Assembly (NCBI RefSeq): GCF_031769215.1
Contig: NW_026782798.1
Location: 186,001-250,000, forward strand
Reading direction: 5' to 3'
From: Ylistrum balloti
Taxonomy: Eukaryota
DNA length: 64,000 nt
Below are positions 54,420 through 64,000 of the stretch, one piece after another. The first letter of the stretch is position 1; each line of letters begins with the position of its first letter. Both the position numbers and the translations under genes were made by a program. The notes below the pieces were generated by a model. The model was not told where the DNA came from and did not search any database. It saw nothing but the letters and a program-made list of their open reading frames with translations.

Positions 54420-55458
54420 ACCTCTTTAGACATACTTATAATAAAACAATACCTGTTCTAAGATCATGATCTATAGAAAAATACTGTCTGTATTGAGACC
54501 TGTCATGAATTACAACCATGCTGTATGGAGAAACCGGTCGTGAATAACACCCAAGCTGTATTAAGAGACAAGTCATAAATGACAACCTAGCTATATCGAA
54601 GGACCTGTCACAATTAACAACCAAGCTGTATTGAAAGACAGGTCATGAATTACACTCTGTAATGAGAGACCAGGCATAAATGGTGACCTGTATTAAGAGA
54701 AATGTTCTGAATGACAACCTGTACTGTGAGACTTATCATGAATGGTGATCTGTATTGAGAGACTTGTCATGAATGACAACCTGTATCAAGAGACTTGTTG
54801 TGAATGACAACCTGTATTGAGAGATTTGTTGTGAATGACAACCTGTATTGAGAGACTGGGCATGAATGACAACCTGTATCGCGAGACTTGTCATGAATGA
54901 CAACCTGTATTGAGAGACTTGTCATGAATGACGACCTGTATCAAGAGACTTGTCATGAATGACAACCTCTATCGAGACTTGTTGTGAATGACAACCTGTA
55001 TCGCGAGACTTGTCATGAATGACAACCTGTATCACGAGACTTGTCATGAATGACAACCTGCATCGAGACTTGTTGTGAATGACAACCTGTATCGAGAGAC
55101 TTATCATGAATGACAACCTGTATTGAGAGACTGGGCATGAATGACAACCTGTATCAAGACTTGTGAATGACAACCTGTATCGAGACTTGTTGTGAATGAC
55201 AACCTGTATCGCGAGACTTGTCATGAATGACAACCTGTATCGAGAGACTTATCATGAATGACAACCTGTATCGGGAGACTTGTCATGAATGACAACCTGT
55301 ATCGAGAGACTTGTCATGAATGACAACCTGTATCACGAGACTTGTCATGAATGACAACCTGTATCGCGAGACTTGTCATGAATGACAACTTGTATTGAGA
55401 GATTTGTTGTGAATGACAACCTGTATCGAGACTTGTCATGAATGACAACCTGTATTGA
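54420..55458. repeat. 29-31-bp minisatellite (atgaatgacaacctgtatcgagagacttgtc); degenerate at the left end, homogeneous over ~54700-55455
   Basis: Repeated gaatgacaacctgtat core; explains ORF 54922-55233. Confidence 0.95.
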
Positions 55459-56046
55459 AGGATCAAATATCTATGACAGACTTGAAAATATTTCTTGAAA
55501 TACCAGTTACAATAAAGAAACCATGTTATACGGAATTTTAAACCACTTATTTTCTTAAGAAACCATCTGTCCTAAAAGATCAGGACATATCAGACAGAAC
55601 CCTTATATTTATAGAACCATAACACTATCACTAATTCATATCTTCATTTTTAACTATTTTTATTTATTTCATGGCAAACACAAAATTATTTAGAAACTTA
55701 GTTCAGTTACTGAGATATACACATGCAGACCTCAAGTTATATTTTCACATTAACTGATTACACAATGTATCAAAAACTCCCAAATATTCATTTCTCGAAC
55801 CATGAATTACTAAACGCATATTAAAATGGACTCACTTAACAGCCAAACAAAGAACAGTACATAGAAAGGCTAGCTATCTAGTGATATCTACTGTTTGCAC
55901 TGTTTGTTCAAGTCAAGTTTTGACTCATTCTAATATCTTATGCACAAATTTGACAAATTTACATAAAAAAGGTATTATTGTATAAAATTACAAAAAAGTA
56001 AAGTATACTTTTAAATATGACATTATCTTGTATAAATCTAACTTAC

Positions 56047-56068
56047 CATGTTGACCCCATGCTTTTAT
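56047..56068 (-). CDS. Candidate upstream exon ending in the start codon (ATG|GTAAGT), which would give M-NDKDGY... when spliced to 32080
   Basis: Minus strand: cccctcctacacag ataaaagcatggggtcaacATG|gtaagt. The donor is perfect, there is an A at -3 of the ATG, and phase 0 matches the large exon. The exon's 5' boundary is uncertain. Confidence 0.3.
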
Positions 56069-59000
56069 CTGTGTAGGAGGGGCGCAAACTCAACACGGCA
56101 TTAATGACAAGACGACAACAAGAAGCAGATCTCTGACCCTTAACTTCAACAATACCAATTGTTTGTTCCCTACCACACTCTCCCAAAGAGAATTACGCCC
56201 TTTTCTGAATTTAATGTGACAATCATGACCCAAAGTAAGGTCATTTATGGGCATAAAGTTTGCTTATACGTCTAAATATAAAATTTTCATGCCTGTTGTT
56301 CTAAAAAATATACATTTATAACTGTTTCACACAGTCGGGTTGGGACTTTTTTTTTATTATTTTTATGGATGTTTTCCTAGACAGCGGACAGACAGTTATT
56401 GTTTGTATTATCAAAATGTTTTAACAATAGTTGACCTCAGTGTATAACCTCGTGCCACTGTCAACCGGCACAATACATGTCAAATTTCAACATTGACAAG
56501 GTTTGTCAACTTTTCAGCACCTCGCGATGCAAACTGAATAACATTTAAAAAAGACGTATTGTAAGGATAGGAGTTTCCGGATGTCATGGCCAAACTTGCT
56601 TATTGACATATACCTTACATACGTAAGTAAATAACTACTTACGTACATAAAGCTAAGTAGAATAAAGCATTGTTAGTTTGAAGATTGTATATTCATTACA
56701 TTTTTCATAGAACTGGTCTATTTCACATATCAAAAATTATTGCTATATCACTATAGTTTTAAATAACTATTTAGAAGTTTAAAAGTTATACCTATGGTAT
56801 AATTTTTCCTTTTCAATAAATACCTGTGAAGAATTTGTAGAATTTTGCTATCAAGTTGATGATACTTTTAACACCTGCACTTGACGTGGGGATTTTGTAA
56901 TGCTAAACCACAAAACATGCAAAACTTAAGTAAATGTTTACAACCAAACAAAAATTAAAAGTGCATTTTCATTTTTTCCCAAACACAGATTTTTGGCTTA
57001 GTTATAATGTATTCTTTATGTGGGCTGATAATCCGACTCCAGTATGAATGTAAAATATGACGATCTTAAGATTTCACAGTCTTTCCCATTCATATTTTGT
57101 TACCACAGTTTTCATAATAAACACCCTCAATATTAACACTCAAATCTTTCACGACAAGAACTGATCAGTCAGAAAGGTGTAAAATATTATAAGTGATTTT
57201 TTTTAAAATTTTTCATTTTGTCATTTTATTTTTTTTATTCTATTTCGTCGAGAAAATTTACATTTCCCATGTTAAAATGTAAACATTCATGTTTCAAAAT
57301 ATCTTAATTCGACATAATCCAACCTGATACTCGAGATTTAAATGGAGAAAATGTTCAAAAAGCAATTCAATTGTTCATTTTTCCATCAAATAGTGAAAAA
57401 AATACAAATGGAAGAACATTTATTTGACCAAATATGATAAACACTAAACCTTCTGACATATGTCAAATATGAAAAAATTATGACTATGCAAATTCCAAGA
57501 GAATGAAATAGGAATTAAGTCATTCCTATATACTTATATTTTGACTAATCACTGCCAATACCTTTTGTAAAAAGGGATTGTTAAATCTTCAAATCCAAAT
57601 GTCTCAAGTGAATTGGCACATTACACAGATTACGAGTAGGGATAGCCAAATGCCATTACGCCCAAACATGGAGGTGTTTATTTGTCATGGTAGTTTATTG
57701 TATATTTCATTCTCACCTATTGACCTTTCTTTGAAAATGTAAACATTTTCAAATCAATCATATTCTAAATTACAATCTCTTATTTTTGAAAAGTACACCA
57801 GCCTTCTTAGATTTACTTCCCAGTATATTCATTCCTGTTCGTACTGCTAGGTAGACTAGATCAAATCGTAAGGTACATGTATTCACAGGACCTTGCAGCT
57901 AACTCTGAACAATTCAGATAATATTCTTTACCTTAAAACTAATTTTTGTCATTTTTGTAGGAATAGCTTTATTGTCGATGACATGAATATCTTCCGTGCA
58001 TGCTTTGTCATTCTATAGTGATGGTGCACCCACCACAAAATTGACTATATACTGTGTGGTGTTTCAGATGTCATCATGTCAAAGAAATCCAAACGGTGTT
58101 GGACGACTAGTAAACTGAATAGAGTATCTCTACACCAGAAGTAAACAACAATCAAAACCAGAAAAAGATCATGTGACATGTCAATGATATATATATATTT
58201 GTCTCATTTGTTTGGTATGCTACATCTACCGAACAAATATTGACTTGATGGGCCCAGTGAGTCTCTCACTACATCAATAACATGATCTGACGACAACTGA
58301 ATTACGATTGTTGAGTCAAACGGCCCAAGCCATTGACCATTAATAAATTTCACCAGCCACTATTTAATTTTTCTAATGACACGTGGAAAAGCATGTCGTC
58401 TGCTGTGGGCGTTGGTTTACCCTGCAGGGGTTCTATGTTTCTGAATTGGCAAGAAAACGCTATTGCTTCATCAAGTAAAATCTTCAGCCATTCATTTATA
58501 ACTGCGGGTCATTTGGGTAGCAATTCTTGTGATTCAATCACGTAAATCATTGTTAAAGGGACAGATTTTATGTCGGACCAAAGGTCCGGTCATTATTTTC
58601 CTCATTATCAACAATTATGATGAATGGTTCAGCTATTAGGTTCATGCAGGAGTGGGGTCAAATTGGACATGAGAGGTCATTTTTATTGAACTGACCCTCA
58701 GATAATTGTACTAACAATGCTGTCGGCCATGATGAAGTCACAGAACTTCCTTCAAAGTACTTCAGATGCTATAATTCAGAATTAAATTGGTGTTTTCCCT
58801 GTGAAATATTGTCCGTTTCAGACAGCTGGCTACACGCGTCCTTTAGTAACGTAGTCTTTGTCTCTGTGAAGAACACTTGTACCACTTCATGATCCTACCA
58901 ACACTGAGAACAAACTAATCAATTTCTCGTCGTTAAATCAATTTCTAAAAATGACATAAAAAAGATAATTCTGTATAACTATCCTATCACATCACTTAAT

Positions 59001-60975
59001 TATCAATTTCTATGAAGATATCATTTCAGAAAACAGTTATGTACTTTAATGAGAATAGGAACTAAGCAGATTAATGATATAATGCTACTTACTCAAATAT
59101 ATTCTATTAATGAATCATTTTGAATCTGATGAAATGATATTTTTAGGAACAGATTGCTATATCATGCTCCCAGTATTTGGCATCATACTTTTTTGTTATC
59201 AAATAATTATATTTTTCTATGAGAACACCTTGGTGATATCTACATTATAGGTATCAAACCTTTGTAACATTATCTTCATTCCTTGACAACATGAAGTAAT
59301 GTCGCCACACAAAGGTATACGTGTCATTGAAGTAATTTAATGACAGCTATAAAAATCTGCTGATGTGGCATAATTTTAGGCTAGACACAAGAACAACCAT
59401 GACACCATGTTTTTATTGTTGTAATTATCACAAAATATTTTGATCAAACCAAAAACAAAATTCTATTCTCTATGAACATTGTTGAGAATTTCACACTTTG
59501 TATGCTAAAGATTCAGTGAGATCAAGTGAAATGGAAATTGATGTATGATATCCCAAATACAAGTTACAGTGGGGAACTAGAATTCTTACAAATACTCAAA
59601 CCAATTAATCCAGACTTCAAACTAGAAGGATTCACAAAATCTCCTTTGTGGTCAAAAATTTAATTTCAGAATAAATCATTATTCATACCATTTTCTTAAT
59701 AAGCATACAATATCCTTAAAATTACATTGTCCTGAAGACATATTACCTAAAATCAATATTCATAAGACAAATCTAACACAAGATTTTCCAGTCCTACACA
59801 CTCCATTGAACAGTTACCATGGCAACCAATCTCAGACATATTACCAAAAATTACTAACTCTTATCTGATTTTGGACCAAAATCAAATCTGTTTCCTAGAA
59901 TGATGTTTTTCAATGATTCACGACTTTCCTTTTTAATCTTCCGGATATTAATTTGTCTCCTATTTTATCGGGTTATGTCAAAGGTGACACAGATTTTGAC
60001 CTTGTGTTCATAACAATTAGTAGTCAGACAGATGTAAAAGAAGGAAAAAAATCTGCAATACTGATTACTTTTTTTTGGTGTTGGATTGGTTTAAAATCTG
60101 TATTTCATCAGCGCTCATAAGTTCTTAATATTTTTCAGGTCTGCAACTTATTCAGCAGCAGACCATAAGATATCCGCGTAAATCATTATAATTTTGTAAA
60201 GAGCATTCACACTTCAGTGGTTATTTTCAATGGAACCATGACAAGGAAACAAAATACGAGATAATTAATTGAACATGTCTTGTTATCGTCACAGAAAAAG
60301 AAATTGCAATAACGTTTTTTCTTTGATAATGTGAGAAATTAATGAGGTTTATTGGAGGTATTTACATTTGAATGTTGGGAACAAAATTAATAGCATTAAT
60401 TCAGGATCTAACAGAACACGATCATAATATGTGATCATGCAATTTGCATGTCAACAAAAGTGAGAAAATGATTAAGGTGTAGTAAAATTTACATAAATCG
60501 TGACCTTTACCCCCTATCCACCATTCATATTCATTACATATTACATTCTGGAAGAGTCTGAAAGTGGAATTATCAATTATGATTTTTGGTATCTCAGAGC
60601 TTATCTGATTCAACCTCAAGAGAAAACATTATGAGATTGGGATCTGGGACAATCTGTTTTTCAGTTGTTGACAAGCTAATTGATGTCTCCAGTATCAGAT
60701 ATGTGAAATCTTCATGAATATTCATAAAATTCATTGAAATTTATCTGAAGGAAATACAATTTCTAACCTAGTTTTCATATACTGCACATTCAGGAATGCC
60801 TGTAGAATGGTACATGGGCTTGCTTTAATGAAGTGCTGTTTATTTCCTAGTAAATTTGTACCCAAACTATGCAATATACAACTCTATGATGGACAGGATT
60901 ACAGAATTACACAAACAGATACCATCTAACCATTGGGTGGAACTGCAAATAGCTATCTCTACTGTTCAACATATA

Positions 60976-61052
60976 GGAGGATTTGAACTCTGATCCTTAT
61001 GCTGTGCACAGCAGTCATTGGACCAATGCTACAGCACTCACTATGTCCACAG
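60976..61052 (-). mobile_element. Decayed tRNA-like SINE head
   Basis: Minus strand: tggacatagtgagtgc...gagttcaaatcctcc (A-box-like and B-box GTTCAAATCC); no intact cloverleaf. Confidence 0.35.
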
Positions 61053-63603
61053 AGTCTCAAAGAAAGACAATTAATGCAGTGAGCTCATTAACACGGAAAG
61101 TGATAAAGATAATTCCTATTTAATAATAATTTTGGAAAGTGTCAAATATATTCTGATTTACTAAAATTTTTTTAAAATTCCTTTCAAAATTCAAATAAAG
61201 ATGTTTACTTCAATGCATACTTAGATTCTCCAAGCACTTTATGTACAGTTTGTTAATGAACTTAATATTTATCTAGGTATACCTCAGTACTTGCAAACAC
61301 AAATCCTAGCTCATCAATTCAAAGAATATATTTTTGACAATAGAAATTAACATGTCCTTTTTGGAAGGATACCAGCATGTGATATAGATTCTTCTCTCTC
61401 AAATAATATTACACCACAAGGCTGTCTGAATAGGTAGACAAAAATATCTTAATTATCTGCCCCTCAGGGATCACAAAGATGCTTGACATGCAGGCACAAA
61501 AACTCTGCAATATATAACAACACCCAAGAAAAATTTGTAAACATAAGGTCAGAGGGCACTTGATCTCTTGTCTACAAATCAGTCAAAACGAGTTATTCTG
61601 TCGTGAATACCTTGTTAAGTAGTTACAGTAAAGTGTGTGCCAATGCATTGATTTTGTTTTCAGAATACTTGCATTCATTTTTGAGGACTGAACATGAAGA
61701 ACACCTTAATTTCAAATTGTTGCCTTCTTTTTTTTAATTTAGTAATTTAGTAAAAAAATACTCTGGCAGTTGCTAATTATGTAATTCTCCCTTTCATAGA
61801 TGCTTGGTTTTTCACAGTTCAACAATAAAACACATTTTCAAAAATCAGATCTACAATATCTAAATGTGCTTGTTCCTTTAGGAAGAGACAATAAAGGATT
61901 TTAAAGTGAAATACAATCTTCAATAATATGGTACAAGGGCAAAAAAAAAACCTTCTGTGCTTTACTCGAGTTTCTTTGTTTTGTAATGAAGACAAATTAT
62001 CGAAGTTTTAAAAAAAGATTATTTAAGAAAATGAAAGAAACTGAATGAAAACAGAAGTTTCCACTATTTTTTTAACAGACTAATTTAGAGACATTTCCAA
62101 AGTTCTGCCAATTTTTCTAAGAAAGAACAAAAGGGTTTGACTGACAATGGAAATTAGAAATGATTGAAAGATGTTATTTTTTTTATTTGTCTCCCTTTTA
62201 GACTTTTAGATAATCCAAAAAGCATTACTAGAGGTGATTAAAGCACGTTTACAACAATGACAAACCTACAAAAAAAATGCTTGTCAGATTATTCAATTGG
62301 ACACAAAAACTCAAAATTTATGCCAACATATCTTTTTCTTTTTTTGTCAATTTTCACCAAGACAAAGCACTAATATCATTAGAACATCTCTGGTGCTAAG
62401 CCAAATGTCATTTTCACTTCTTGGACAACGTCCAGACAATAAGATTAGGTTTATTCGCAAATTGCTCCCTAAGACTTGTCCTACAAGCACTCATCATACA
62501 CTCAAAAACGAACTGATTACTGCCGTAATCGAACTTGATCATGGTTCAGTAAATCGCAAATGAACATCCATTGTAACGAGGGAATATGTACGGCTGTGAT
62601 CGGAAATTCTCTCTCCGGTTAAACGACCCCAGAAAATCCCAACTGTGAAGGTCAAAGATTTTTGCCTTTAGTTTGCAATACGTAATACGATCAGATATTG
62701 ACTTTAGAGCAGTAGAGAGCAGAAAACACAGATGTCAAACAGGAATATTTCACAGAAGATTTGAATGATAACGAAAATTAGATCCAAGCTAGAGTGAAAG
62801 TGCCAACAGATAACCAATCACATTATGATCTCAAGTCCAGGCGATAGTTGGAACTAATTTGCTGTTTATACATTTCAAAAAATAATATTACTTTAATGAG
62901 ATTCTGAAATGATGTTTAAAACAGAAATTAATGACATGGATTTATAAATTTGTGTTTTTTTTACTGAAATGTATACTATCATTTTTCCTGTATTTTTCAT
63001 CTAACACAAAACTATAGATATAGCAGGTTAATATAACATCTTACTGAATAATCTATCTTAAATTATTGAAAAAAAATGTAGCCATGAAATGGTCACAGAA
63101 TTTATGAATCAACCTCTATATAAAGAGCAACTGCACATAAAGGCCACTTTTCTCTGCTCCACTGAGTTACATTCAAAGACAACTGTACACTAGGTTTCTC
63201 ATTAATTTTTTGTAGAAAAACATGAAAATTATATCTTTTTTAACTAATTATGGGAGTTTAATAATTTTTACTTTTCAACCAACAGGATTTTTTGTGATGA
63301 AAATTCTCATCATTTTTTTTATTCATAGTTTATGTAACTTTCAGATAAAAGTGAAACACTGAATGAATCAAATGGAAAATTTTAGTTCCGTATCATACAT
63401 ATCTACATGTTGTACACAAAAAAAGTAGTTCACAAATGTAACAGTTTATGGGTTTGGATTAATTCCCCCTTCATTCTTGAAAATGAGAATCATATGTAAT
63501 AATCCTACCTTCTAGATATAAGTGAACCTGAGGCCCTCCCAAACATCACAGGCAGGAAGAGTTGAAGGGACGTTTGAAGGACAGGTAGATAGTCAACACT
63601 TAC

Positions 63604-63617
63604 CTTTGATGTCACAC
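63604..63617 (-). other. Candidate 14-nt microexon or recursive-splice element
   Basis: Minus strand: ttttacctgtctttag|GTGTGACATCAAAG|gtaagt, an acceptor and a perfect donor 14 nt apart. Confidence 0.2.
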
Positions 63618-64000
63618 CTAAAGACAGGTAAAACTTGTTTGTTCCAGGTACATTATTAACAGGTAAACATTTTTTGATGCGTTATGATGAATGAGATATT
63701 AAAAACAGGACTTAGTCTACAAACATTAAATATCTCCACACTGCTACAACTCTGTGTATCAAATCACTTGTATTATAAAGTTATCTTTTTTAGATCCAAA
63801 TCTTTAATAAAGATCTTGAGAAAATAAACACTTTAGCCTGCAGTTCCTAAGAAATTGGAATCTAAAGGGATTTAAAGAATTATCAAGATGAGATATACTT
63901 CATTTAAACACAGTTTAAGGGTCATATGATAGATATTGTATTGTGAATGGTACACTGTATATAGTGTATATAGATTACTAGTAATCCCTACTTACACAAA

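Overview
AT-rich eukaryotic (metazoan) genomic DNA; the repeat types and SINE motifs suggest a bivalve mollusc, which is an inference. There is no sign of prokaryotic gene organisation, rRNA, intact tRNA or CRISPR. The only confidently coding segment is a 948-bp phase 0/0 internal exon on the minus strand (31133-32080). Its 3' end encodes CQHCNNCLIHFKRQAFRLL, which matches the N-terminal CxxC...KRQA motif of kinesin-11/KIF26 proteins, so most of the window is probably intronic or upstream sequence of a large KIF26-like gene. The exon contains a strictly periodic 12-aa RxxSP repeat array. The rest of the window holds many minisatellites (17, 25, 31, 34, 41, 45, 46, 51, 64 and ~100 bp units), several sharing a GAC(C/A)AC(C/T)TGT core and MITE-like ends. 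It also holds tRNA-derived SINE remnants, CTCF-like motifs, and a few candidate small exons or splice signals. Almost all ORFs in the supplied track are repeat-derived or chance. Family assignments are from recall of motifs, not from database searches.
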